From: Thermoanaerobaculia bacterium
Lineage (GTDB): Bacteria > Acidobacteriota > Thermoanaerobaculia > Multivoradales > UBA5704
Length of the DNA stretch: 64,000 nt
Assembly (NCBI GenBank): GCA_044226625.1
Contig: JBGAGQ010000004.1
Location: 32,001-96,000, forward strand
Reading direction: 5' to 3'
Part shown: piece after piece, positions 38,922-48,092 of the stretch
Layout of the letters: each line of letters starts with the position of its first letter
Position numbering within the stretch: position 1 is the stretch's first letter
The notes under the pieces: model-generated
What the model was told of the DNA's origin: nothing
What the model saw: only the letters and a program-made list of their open reading frames with translations
The model's database searches: none
Program-made: the position numbers and the translations under genes

Positions 38922-39797
38922 ATGAAGAAGAACTTTCTCATCCTCCCCGCTCTCGCTCTGCTCCCGCTGGCCGTCGTCGCCGGTTGCGGGCGCTCCGAAC
39001 CTCCGGTCGCCCGCCTGCGGGTCGAGCCGGCGACGCTACGCCTCCCGTACCCCGAGCTCGCGTCGGTCAAATTCACCTGGGAACCGATCAGCGCGATCGC
39101 CGCCACGCCCACCGTCTTCGTGCATATCGTCGACGAGAAAGGGGAGATCGAGCGGACGTTCGACCACCCTTACCCCGCCGCGTTCAAGCCCGGCACGCCG
39201 CAGACCTACCCGGTCCACCTCTATCAGACAGCCCTCGCCACCCCCTTGCCGGAAGGCAAGCACCGGCTCGTCGTCGGGCTTTACGCCCCGGGCAGCGACC
39301 GTTGGGCGCTCGAGACGACCGGCAAGGAGCTCAAGAAGAAGGAGTACATCGTCGCCGAGCTCGACGTTCCCAAGGTCGACAAGCTCGCTCCGAAGCTCCA
39401 GTTCACCCGCACCTGGCTCCCCGCCGAGGACGGCGGCGACCGCCAGACCCTGGTGCGGCGCTGGCTGACCGGCAACGGCGCGATCCGTGTGGCGCCGGTG
39501 AACAAGCCCGGAACGCTCTGGCTCTCGGCCCGCATCCCGGCTGGCGACAACCCGGGAGAAAAGCTGGTCCTGAACGGCACTAAACCTCCCTCGGCTCAGA
39601 TCGCGAGCAGCTGCGGCGGTGCCGAGACCAACATCTCGGGCCCCGGCGTCCATCTCGTGCCGATCACGATCGACGCGGTGCCCCCCGGCGGCCAGTGCGT
39701 GATCCGTTTCCGCACCGATTTCCGCCTCGAGGTCACCGGCTCGCCCCACATGCGCTCGGTCGCCCTGGAGAACGCCGCCTGGTCGCCCAAAGGTTGA
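38922..39797 (+). CDS. Hypothetical lipoprotein, probably beta-sandwich domains
   Basis: MKK + hydrophobic stretch + VAGC lipobox; strong codon bias. Confidence 0.75.
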   Translation: MKKNFLILPALALLPLAVVAGCGRSEPPVARLRVEPATLRLPYPELASVKFTWEPISAIAATPTVFVHIVDEKGEIERTFDHPYPAAFKPGTPQTYPVHLYQTALATPLPEGKHRLVVGLYAPGSDRWALETTGKELKKKEYIVAELDVPKVDKLAPKLQFTRTWLPAEDGGDRQTLVRRWLTGNGAIRVAPVNKPGTLWLSARIPAGDNPGEKLVLNGTKPPSAQIASSCGGAETNISGPGVHLVPITIDAVPPGGQCVIRFRTDFRLEVTGSPHMRSVALENAAWSPKG

Positions 39798-39846
39798 CCG
39801 GGCGAGCACGACCGGGAACGATCGGGAAGGGACCGCTCCCTCTGCG

Positions 39847-40551
39847 ATGAAACACGGATCCGACGCGATCTTGAGGACCGAGCAGGCGGAATACCTGGAC
39901 CGTCTGCTGCCGCCGAGCGACCCGCTCCGGCGCGAAATGGAACGGGTCGCGGCCGAGCGCCGCCTGCCGATCTCGGACCCCGAGGTCGGCCGTCTGCTCT
40001 CGATCCTCACGCGCTCGATCGGCGCCCGACGCATCCTCGAGGTCGGTACCTCGATCGGTTACGGCACGCTTTGCCTCGCTCGCGCCGCACCAGAGGCTCA
40101 GGTGATCACGATCGACTCCGATTCGGAAATTCTCGCCGAGGCGCGCGGCTATCTCGAACGAGGCGGCGTCCTCGACCGGGTCGGCCTGATCTGCGGCGAG
40201 GCGCTCGCCGTGCTCGGCGGCCGGGCCGAGCATGGCGAGATCGAAGGGCCGTTCGACCTCGTCTACCTCGACGCGGTGAAGACCGAATACCGGCGCTATT
40301 TGGACCTGCTGCTTCCCAAGGTCCGGGTCGGCGGCCTCGTGGTGGTCGATAACCTGCTCTGGGGCGGCCAGGTCGCCATGATGAACGGGCCCCCTTCGGA
40401 CGACGACGAGAAGACCGACGCGATCCGGGCGTTCAACGGGTACTTCATGATCCATCCGCAGCTCGAGGCGGTGGTCCTGCCGCTCGGTGACGGCGTCGGC
40501 CTCGCGACGAAGACGAAGCCCCTGATCTTGGAGATGGGCGGCCCGTTCTAG
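39847..40551 (+). CDS. Class I SAM-dependent O-methyltransferase (COMT/YrrM-like)
   Basis: ILEVGTSIGYG, FDLVYLDA, GGLVVVDNLLWGG. Confidence 0.9.
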   Translation: MKHGSDAILRTEQAEYLDRLLPPSDPLRREMERVAAERRLPISDPEVGRLLSILTRSIGARRILEVGTSIGYGTLCLARAAPEAQVITIDSDSEILAEARGYLERGGVLDRVGLICGEALAVLGGRAEHGEIEGPFDLVYLDAVKTEYRRYLDLLLPKVRVGGLVVVDNLLWGGQVAMMNGPPSDDDEKTDAIRAFNGYFMIHPQLEAVVLPLGDGVGLATKTKPLILEMGGPF

Positions 40552-40643
40552 CCCCGCGAGGCGAGCGCCCGCGCAGGAAGTTCATCCCGAAACCCTCGAC
40601 GTCCCGGGATCCTGCTTCGTATACGATCTCGAACGAAACCGCG

Positions 40644-41981
40644 ATGACGACCGAGAACTCCCGCTCCAGGGCTTCCCTCAAGGCTTCGGCCTGGCTCCTC
40701 CTCCTGCTCGCCGCCTCCATGCCGACGACGGCGGCCGAGTCTCCACGGCACGTTTCGGCCCGATCGCTGCTCGCGATCTCCACCCAAGCGATCGTCGCGG
40801 TGCAGCATGCCGCCGCGGCCGACGCGCGCCTCACCGGTACCCCGTCCGCCAGCCCCGCGCGCGTCGCTCCGTTCTGGGCCTCGCTCCAGGGAGCCACACA
40901 GGCGCTCGCAGAGCTCCGGGCGGGGCTGGGCGATCCGGGCGTCCCGCCCGCCGGTGATCTTTTCTCCCGCGTGGCCCGCGCGGGAGGGCGGCTCGCCGAG
41001 CTCTCCGCGGCCTGGAATCGACTGGGCGTACCGAATGCCGGCGTCCAAGCGGGGCTCTCGACGCTTTCGACCTCCTGGACGTTGTTCCGCGGGACCTACG
41101 GTCCGGAAGGGGTTCGCCACCGCCAGGACCGCCCGCTCACAGCCGAGGAGGCTCATCGGCTGGAGGTGGTCCAGCGCGCCCAGGAGCGGCTCGCGGCCCA
41201 GATCCTGCGCTTGGAAGAGCGCGCTCGCCGATCGCGCGAGACCGAAGAGGCGCGCCGTCTCGCGAGGTTCCGCGCGCGGGTCGAAGCGCCCGCGCTCGCG
41301 GCGAGCGATCTCGACGCCTACCTCGCAGCGCTCGCCACGTTGCCGGAGATCGAAGGCGAATGGTCGGCGCTCAAGGCCGCGGCACCCAAGGAGCGGCGCA
41401 TCGCTTACGCCCGGCTGGATCCCATCGTCGAAGAGATCCAAACCGAGGCGGAAATCGGCTCCGTGCAGGTGCTCGACCTCGATCGCGGCAAGGCCTGGAA
41501 GTTCCTCGATCAGACGACCGCGGTTCCCGAGAGCCTCGCCTCCGCGGTCCTCGCCCTGGAAGATCCGACCGCTGACGAGGCCACGGAAGGTGACGAGGAG
41601 GGCGAGTTCGCCGAAGCCATCACGTCGGAAGCCGAGAGCTGGTGTGCCGAGGACGACGAGGAGTGCCTGGCGGCGGAAGAATCCGCAGCAGCCCACGAGG
41701 CCGCGCAAACCCCGATTGCCGAAGGAGCCGAGCAGGCCAGCCCGCTGAAACCGGAGAGCCGCGAAGTGGAGCGCGCCCAGGCCGGAATCGCCGCCGCCTC
41801 GACGCCGGCACCGACCCAGGCTCCCGCGGCGAAGGCGCCGCAATTCCCCGGGCTTTGCGGCGATTCCTCCGCCGATGGCTGCACCGCGGCGCCCGATCCC
41901 GCGGCGCTGTCGGAGACCGCACCGAGCAGCAGCTCTTCTTCTGCGCCCCCAAGGGGAACCTTCGACCCCGCGAAGGGCTGA
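40644..41981 (+). CDS. Hypothetical secreted protein, helical with acidic low-complexity tail
   Basis: Signal peptide (WLLLLLAASMPTTAA); fills the gap between + strand genes. Confidence 0.6.
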   Translation: MTTENSRSRASLKASAWLLLLLAASMPTTAAESPRHVSARSLLAISTQAIVAVQHAAAADARLTGTPSASPARVAPFWASLQGATQALAELRAGLGDPGVPPAGDLFSRVARAGGRLAELSAAWNRLGVPNAGVQAGLSTLSTSWTLFRGTYGPEGVRHRQDRPLTAEEAHRLEVVQRAQERLAAQILRLEERARRSRETEEARRLARFRARVEAPALAASDLDAYLAALATLPEIEGEWSALKAAAPKERRIAYARLDPIVEEIQTEAEIGSVQVLDLDRGKAWKFLDQTTAVPESLASAVLALEDPTADEATEGDEEGEFAEAITSEAESWCAEDDEECLAAEESAAAHEAAQTPIAEGAEQASPLKPESREVERAQAGIAAASTPAPTQAPAAKAPQFPGLCGDSSADGCTAAPDPAALSETAPSSSSSSAPPRGTFDPAKG

Positions 41982-42006
41982 CCGCCCCCGCGAGCGAGCC
42001 TTCTCT

Positions 42007-43605
42007 TTGATCTTCTCCAGGCGCCTCTCCAGGAAATCTCCACGATCAGCACGCTGGGCCCAAGCTCGCCGAACCCTTCGGTACGGCGCCCTTTGGGCAA
42101 CCCTCTTCGGAGTGGGGGCGGTGCAGGTCGCCGGGCAGGAGGCGGCTGCGCCGGTCTCCGCGACCGTAGCGGCTGAATCGGTCGGAGCGGTCGGAGCGCC
42201 CGCGTCATTCGACGATTGGATCGTCTACCACGTGACGGTCGAGATGTTCGCCGACAGCAACCGGGCGAACGACGGCGAGATCTCGGGTTGGAAACATCCC
42301 AACTACGCCGGTGGCGACCTCCAGGGCATCCTCGACCACCTCGACCATCTGGAGAAGCTGGGGGTCAACGCGATCTGGCTGTCGCCGGTGTTCGCCGCTC
42401 GCAGCTCGCACGGCTACGACGTCACGAACTACTACCGGATCGGCGACGCGGTGGGCAATCCGGGCAAGCCCGAGGAGTCGCTCGCCCTGTTCCAGAAGCT
42501 GCGGAGCGAGCTGGCCCGGCGCGGCATTCGAACGATCCTCGACATCCCGCTGAACCACGCCGCCGGCACCTACGAGAAACCCGCGGGCGACCCCGACGGC
42601 CTGCGGCCGCGGACCACCGCCGCGCGCCAGGACGCCGAGAAGCTCTGGGACAGCTGGGGCGGCGGCTACCGCTATTGGGACTTCGGGAACGAGCCGACGC
42701 GGCGGTTCCTGAAGAACGTGGCGCTTCACTGGCTGCGCGACGAGGGGGTCGACGGCCTGCGGCTCGACTACGTCCGCGGCGTGCCGCACGACTTCTGGGC
42801 GGAGCTGTACGCGGAGGTCAAGGCGGCCAAACCCGGCGCCCTGCTGCTCGGCGAGTGCTGGCAGGACGAAGGGGGACCGGAAGCCAACGCCCGTGAGATG
42901 GCGACCTACGCCGCGCCGGTCGACGGCAAGCCGCAGTTCGACGCCTTGCTCGACTTTCCGATGCAAGCCGCTCTCACCGCAGCGTTCGCCCGCGGGGGCT
43001 CCGGCAAGGACCTCGAAGCCAGTCTGCAAAGCACCGAGAAGACCGTCGGTCCGGGTGTGGCGCTCGCCCGCTTCCTCGACAACCACGACCTCGCCCGGTT
43101 CATGGCCTGGGCGGATCGGACCGAGCGTCTGACCGCGGCGCTCGGTTTCATGGCGAGCCTGTCCGGACCGGTGGTGATCTACTACGGCACAGAAACCGGG
43201 CTGGCCCACGGCGCCCCGAAACCCGGATTCACCGACGCCGGCCGCATCCCGATGCCGTGGGCCAAGCTCGACGCCGCCCTGGTCGAAAAGACCGCGCGAA
43301 TCTTCACCGCCCGACGCGCCCATCCGGCGCTGATCCACGGCGAACGGCTGCCGCTCCTCGCCGACAAGACAGGCATTGCCTTCGCGAAGCGGACGGCCGA
43401 CGAGACGATCGTCGTCGCCTCGAACCTAGGCACCGCGCCTCGTGAGATCACTTTCGACGCGAAGGGTCTCGCCCCCACCGACTCGACCTTCGAGCCGCTC
43501 TTCGGCGAAGCGAAGCCGAGCTTCGCCACGGCCGAGGGAAACACTCTCCGCTGGACGCTACCGCCCCTGTCGACCACGGCGGTCGTCGTCCGGCCGGCGC
43601 CCTGA
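42007..43605 (+). CDS. GH13 alpha-amylase family glycosidase (exported)
   Basis: GGDLQGI, SHGYD, LDIPLNH, GLRLDY, GECW, FLDNHD catalytic regions; start uncertain (TTG 42007). Confidence 0.88.
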   Translation: MIFSRRLSRKSPRSARWAQARRTLRYGALWATLFGVGAVQVAGQEAAAPVSATVAAESVGAVGAPASFDDWIVYHVTVEMFADSNRANDGEISGWKHPNYAGGDLQGILDHLDHLEKLGVNAIWLSPVFAARSSHGYDVTNYYRIGDAVGNPGKPEESLALFQKLRSELARRGIRTILDIPLNHAAGTYEKPAGDPDGLRPRTTAARQDAEKLWDSWGGGYRYWDFGNEPTRRFLKNVALHWLRDEGVDGLRLDYVRGVPHDFWAELYAEVKAAKPGALLLGECWQDEGGPEANAREMATYAAPVDGKPQFDALLDFPMQAALTAAFARGGSGKDLEASLQSTEKTVGPGVALARFLDNHDLARFMAWADRTERLTAALGFMASLSGPVVIYYGTETGLAHGAPKPGFTDAGRIPMPWAKLDAALVEKTARIFTARRAHPALIHGERLPLLADKTGIAFAKRTADETIVVASNLGTAPREITFDAKGLAPTDSTFEPLFGEAKPSFATAEGNTLRWTLPPLSTTAVVVRPAP

Positions 43606-43639
43606 GCCTTCCTTCCGCGCCGGCCCATCGCCGCCAACC

Positions 43640-44539
43640 TCAGACGGCGAGCATCTCCTGGATCCACATCTGCGCGAGCGACGGCGGCGAACCGACGGTC
43701 GCGCGCAGGAGCGTCTTGATCTTCGATTCAAGCGCCGAGGCGATGGCCGCGACGGGCGGGTAGGGCAAGGTGAGGAACGCGAGCCCCGCGCCGGGAAGCG
43801 AGTCCTCGGGACCGTCGACCAGTAACGGCACCAGGTGCGCCGCCCGGCCCGCGAGATCCCAGAACCAGGGACGCGGGGAGAGTCTCTCCCCCGCATCCTC
43901 GACGACGATCAGGGGCCGATGCTCCCGTTCGAGCACACCTCGGACCTCCGTCCGATCCGGAACGTCCAAACCCGAGATCAGCAGGAACGCGGGCTCGCCC
44001 GCGGGAAGCCCCGAGAACGCCCGAGCCAGGGCTTCCGCTTCGAGGGCGACCTCCACAAGCCTCGCTCCGGTATGAAGCCCGAGCGGCTCTTCGAAAGCGC
44101 TCGGCTCGGCTGCCGCGACGAAGGCCGCGCGCCCGGGCACCAGAAACATCTCCGCGAGGCACGAAAGCGCGAGCGTCCGACCCGAGGTCACGATCGGCAG
44201 CGAGGAGAGGATCTCCTCAGGAATGACCAGCCGCTGGCGCGCCCGCCACGCCGCCCGAACCTCAGCGATCCCCTCGACCGGCGAATACAGGAACGAGCGG
44301 TCCCGCGCCTCGTCCGGCAGACCGGAGAGCGCCGCCGCCATCGGTTCGAGCGGCAGCGGGTGGCCATGGCCGTCCGTAATCTGGCCGATCGTTCCGTTGT
44401 ACACGGTCCCACGGGCGTCCGCGGTCTGCTGGGGCAGGAAGTTCGCGGGCTGATAGAGCCGCCGGCCGAGCGGAGAGAGCGCGGCCCAAACGGCGGGCGC
44501 CTCGGCCTGGAGTACGAGATCGGCGGGAGCGGCGCTCAA
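43640..44539 (-). CDS. Truncated, degenerate class I/II aminotransferase-like protein
   Basis: YNGTIGQITDG, FLYSPVEGIAEVR, PIVTSG; only 299 aa; no Lys in expected PLP loop. Confidence 0.65.
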   Translation of the reverse strand: MSAAPADLVLQAEAPAVWAALSPLGRRLYQPANFLPQQTADARGTVYNGTIGQITDGHGHPLPLEPMAAALSGLPDEARDRSFLYSPVEGIAEVRAAWRARQRLVIPEEILSSLPIVTSGRTLALSCLAEMFLVPGRAAFVAAAEPSAFEEPLGLHTGARLVEVALEAEALARAFSGLPAGEPAFLLISGLDVPDRTEVRGVLEREHRPLIVVEDAGERLSPRPWFWDLAGRAAHLVPLLVDGPEDSLPGAGLAFLTLPYPPVAAIASALESKIKTLLRATVGSPPSLAQMWIQEMLAV

Positions 44540-46242
44540 AATTCCTCCTCCGCTCCTTTCTGTCGATCTTCAAAGGCGAAATACTGAAGGACGTCTTCCT
44601 CGGTCAAACCCGAAGATCCCAGGAAGCTCGAGCCGGCGCCTTCCTGCGCGGCCGGCGACGGAAACGGTTGCGTCGGATCGGCCGGCGCAGCCGGAGCCGC
44701 CTCTGAGACGGGTGCGACGTGGGCACGACCTCCCGGATCCCCTAGACGCGAGAGCCTGAGTTCCCGGCCGATGCGCGGCTTGACTCTCGCTTCTCCCCCG
44801 ACGAGGCCCTCTACACCGCCGCTCAGGCTCACCTCACTCGCTTCCGCTCGCGACTCGCCGCTTGGATGGAGTTTCAGGCTTACCGGCCGCTCGGCGTCGG
44901 TCGTGACGATCAGTAAGCCCTCCGGGGTCTCGAAATGGATCCTCCTTTCTCCAGCGTCTCCTGACCGGATCGGCCGGATCGCTCCCCGAATCTCGCCCTC
45001 GGCCGATTTCGAGTTGAGGCTTTGGCGGGGCGGCCGGCGAAGTAGCTTCGGCTCCTCCGCGCTCGACGCTTCCGCCGGTAAGCGAAGACGAGCCGTGTTG
45101 GGGAACCGGAAGATCGTCTGGTTCGGCCGGTGTTCCTGCTCGGCCACAGTCACCCCGCCGGGAAATGCGAGCGCATCTTCCCGTCGCACGAGCGGCTTTC
45201 CCAATCTCCCCCGGACCTCCTCCTTGGTCACCTGCGCTCGCCCGAACCCGGCCGCGCCGAATCCCGTTTGTCCCTGCTCCTTGGCATTGGGTCCGATCGG
45301 TCGATAGGTCCGGCGAAAGTTGGGATCGAGAACCGTCTTCGTCGCGCCGCTCCCGATCGCCTCTCGAACGGCAAACCCCTGGCAGGAGTCGCACTGCCGA
45401 AAGCTGTCACCGATCACGGACGATTCGACGAGCCCGGCGGGATCCGCATGCCATTTGGCGCCGATCGTCGAGGGCACGTCCTCGGGAAAAACGTGCCCGA
45501 TCCGCCAAGCTCGGTCGGTTTGGGGTCGATTGGCAGCCGGCTCGAGGCCCGCCTCTCGAAGGATCGAGCTCTGCTCCGCGGTCGCCCCGCCGTATCCGCT
45601 GAGGAAAGCCCGTCGCTCTGCGGTGGCGACGAGCGCGCGCTTTCCGATGTTCGGAATCCGGCTCCGGACGTCGAGCGCCGCGTACGCCTCTTCGGCCGAA
45701 AGGGGCACCAAGGAGCCGGGACCGCCCTCTGTCGAGGACGAAGACGACGAGGCCGGGGAAGGCGAGTCGCTTCCTGGCTCGGGGCTCTTTCGCTTCGGCG
45801 AAACCCCTAGAGAGCTGGGAGTTCGCGCCACATCAGGCGGCAGCAGAGCAGGCGGCCCCACCGGATAGGGCGGCCAAGGCACCGGCGGCAACGTGGACGG
45901 TTGGCTGGAAGACGAAGGGGGGATGCGCGGCGGTGGAGACGAGAGGCCATGGCTCACCGACTGTGAGGCGGGTGATGGAGAAAGGGCGATGGAAACGCCG
46001 GGTGCGCCCGATGGAGCTGAGAGCCTCGGCTTTTTGTTTTTGGCCGGAGTCGCGTCCTCCTCCTCGCCGGGGCCGGCCCGCTGGATCGGCACCGAGGGGA
46101 GCCGCTCGAGCCGATGTCCGAACCCGTTCGTCTCTCGGGCCGCGAGACTCGCCGATCGTCGGTCCGAGCCGGCCAGGCGCGGGCGCGACAGGGGCTCGAC
46201 AGCGGCTGGTATCGCCAGCGGCCGACGCGTGGAGCGAAACAT
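44536..46242 (-). CDS. Orphan effector-like protein with deaminase-like motif
   Basis: N-terminal GHRLERLP...IQR, Pro/Ser-rich disordered region, WHAD...QCDSC. Confidence 0.55.
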   Translation of the reverse strand: MFRSTRRPLAIPAAVEPLSRPRLAGSDRRSASLAARETNGFGHRLERLPSVPIQRAGPGEEEDATPAKNKKPRLSAPSGAPGVSIALSPSPASQSVSHGLSSPPPRIPPSSSSQPSTLPPVPWPPYPVGPPALLPPDVARTPSSLGVSPKRKSPEPGSDSPSPASSSSSSTEGGPGSLVPLSAEEAYAALDVRSRIPNIGKRALVATAERRAFLSGYGGATAEQSSILREAGLEPAANRPQTDRAWRIGHVFPEDVPSTIGAKWHADPAGLVESSVIGDSFRQCDSCQGFAVREAIGSGATKTVLDPNFRRTYRPIGPNAKEQGQTGFGAAGFGRAQVTKEEVRGRLGKPLVRREDALAFPGGVTVAEQEHRPNQTIFRFPNTARLRLPAEASSAEEPKLLRRPPRQSLNSKSAEGEIRGAIRPIRSGDAGERRIHFETPEGLLIVTTDAERPVSLKLHPSGESRAEASEVSLSGGVEGLVGGEARVKPRIGRELRLSRLGDPGGRAHVAPVSEAAPAAPADPTQPFPSPAAQEGAGSSFLGSSGLTEEDVLQYFAFEDRQKGAEEEF

Positions 46243-46324
46243 GGCGTCCGAATCCTAGCCCGAAACGCGCTCTCGCCCGGCGCCTGGACCGGGTCGCCGC
46301 GCCGCATGGCGCTCGAGAAACGGT

Positions 46325-47872
46325 CTAACCCTCCGGCTCGATCTCGTCCTGCGCCGCCGGCTTCGGCGGCGACGTCGCGGGGGGCGGAGCAGGCAGCACG
46401 GCGGGCCCGAGGCCGGGGGGCCTGCTCCCCGAAGCCGCGGCGAGGAGAGTGGACGCGGGAGGAGGAGGCGGGCCGCCGCGGCCAGTGTAGGCCGCCACCG
46501 AGCTCGACGGCGCCGCGGCGAGGAGCGCGTGCGCGAGAGAGGGGGGCGGCGGAGCGGTGAGGGGCGCCGCCATGCCCGAGACGGTCGAACTGCTCGCCGA
46601 GGCACTTGCCGCGAGGGACACCGCGGCGGCAGTCCCCGAGGCGGCTGCGGCCGCGGCCGCCGCGGGAGGCCTCGGGAGCCGACGAAGGACCCGCGGATGC
46701 GGCGACTGGTCCTTCGCCAGTTTTCTGGTGCGCGGCAGCGCAACGACTTCAGGAGCCTCTCCCCTATCCCGGGCCTCCTGCAACCGCTTGCGTTCGGCGA
46801 CGGTCACCCTGCTCGCCTCGTAGAGGTCGAGGATGTCTTCCTTGCTCACCCCCCCGCGGATCAGAACCTCTTTCGAACGCTTGGCGAAATTCGCCGCGGT
46901 ATCGCCGAGCCCATGAGAGCCCCGCTGCACTTCATCGTTCAAATCCACGACGGCGCCGCTCTCGCGGAGATGCTTCGGGATGCGCACCTTGGCCACCCGA
47001 CGCCCGCCGCGCCCGCTCTCGCTCGCCCAGGCGGCCGTCCTCGACCGGCTGCGGCTGGTGGAAACGAAACCCGATTTGACCTTCGCGCTGGTGCCCGCTC
47101 CGACGTGCTGACTCACGGTGACGTTCGGATCGTGACCGGCCGGAGGCAACAGACCCGTCTCGTACGGGTTTTCCTCCGGGCGCAAGGCTCGAAATACGAC
47201 GTCGGGATCGTCCCGATCGGAGCGGTCCGAATCGCTGTCCGACAGGTGGTGACGACCGGGACGGGGAGCTTTTCGCTTGTTCGGACGGCGGACGGCCGCC
47301 GCGGCGAGCGGAGCTGCCGCGGCCGCGGCGGTGGGAGCCTCGTCGCCGCCCGGAGCGTCGTCATCGTCTTCCGCTGGGGCCGCGGCCGTCGCCGCTCCGG
47401 GGGCCGCGGTCGCCCCGACGTCCGCCCCAAAACCCATCCCCCCTCCTCCACCGCCACCATCCGACCTCGGCCGGTGGGCCGCCAGCGCGAGCCTCAAGGC
47501 ATCGGCCTGTTCGGCCGGAATCAGATCCGGGACGTCGTCGTCGTCTCCGCCCGCCGTGAGGTCCGCCGCGGCCGTCGGCGCGGGAGCCGGTGCGACAGCA
47601 GGCGGGGCAGCCGCGGCAGCCGCGGCGGGCTCGGCCTCGGGGCTTGCGGGGCGGGTCCGCATCCGTCTCCGCTTGCGGACCGGCTTCGGCATGCGCTGCA
47701 CCACATCGGCAGCCTCCGAGGTCGCCGGCAGGCGCTCGAGGGCATGCCCGAGCCGATTCGCCGTTTCGGGTTCGGCGGACCCCGCGGTCGGCGCCGCCGG
47801 ACGGGCCGGCTCTTCTCGCGCCGCGGGAATGGCTCCGTTCGGCGGAGCTGTTCTCAGCGATGACTGGAACAC
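46325..47872 (-). CDS. Orphan effector-like protein with ADP-ribosyltransferase (R-S-E)-like domain
   Basis: N-terminal GHALERLP...VQR; VVFRAL ... FVSTSRS ... SKEVL flanked by Ala/Pro-rich tracts. Confidence 0.62.
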   Translation of the reverse strand: MFQSSLRTAPPNGAIPAAREEPARPAAPTAGSAEPETANRLGHALERLPATSEAADVVQRMPKPVRKRRRMRTRPASPEAEPAAAAAAAPPAVAPAPAPTAAADLTAGGDDDDVPDLIPAEQADALRLALAAHRPRSDGGGGGGGMGFGADVGATAAPGAATAAAPAEDDDDAPGGDEAPTAAAAAAPLAAAAVRRPNKRKAPRPGRHHLSDSDSDRSDRDDPDVVFRALRPEENPYETGLLPPAGHDPNVTVSQHVGAGTSAKVKSGFVSTSRSRSRTAAWASESGRGGRRVAKVRIPKHLRESGAVVDLNDEVQRGSHGLGDTAANFAKRSKEVLIRGGVSKEDILDLYEASRVTVAERKRLQEARDRGEAPEVVALPRTRKLAKDQSPHPRVLRRLPRPPAAAAAAAASGTAAAVSLAASASASSSTVSGMAAPLTAPPPPSLAHALLAAAPSSSVAAYTGRGGPPPPPASTLLAAASGSRPPGLGPAVLPAPPPATSPPKPAAQDEIEPEG

Positions 47873-47925
47873 GACAAAGGAAGACTACACCTCTTCGAGG
47901 TGCCGTTTTTCCTCCCGCGTGGCAC

Positions 47926-47934
47926 TGTTAGAAT
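47926..47934 (+). promoter_or_regulatory. Extended -10 upstream of htpG
   Basis: TGTTAGAAT. Confidence 0.4.
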
Positions 47935-48092
47935 GCGAAAAAGCCCGGACCGCGGCGACTCCGCGGCTCCGGTCGGCCGTTTGAAACGATCTCGAGCCAA
48001 GCGGTACCTTCGTCCGCCGCACGAGCCGAGACCGTGACCTTCGAGCCGGCCTCAATCGAAACCCAATCCAGATGGAGGTAGAGGAGGACCGT

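Noticed and set aside
46255-46743. Small ORFs around the effector genes as immunity proteins
   Set aside because: They overlap the effector ORFs in alternate frames and are low-complexity; the 82-bp gap leaves no room for a separate gene
47919-47946. Possible CIRCE or sigma54 site upstream of htpG (GTGGCACTG...)
   Set aside because: No matching CIRCE right arm; GG-to-GC spacing is wrong for sigma54
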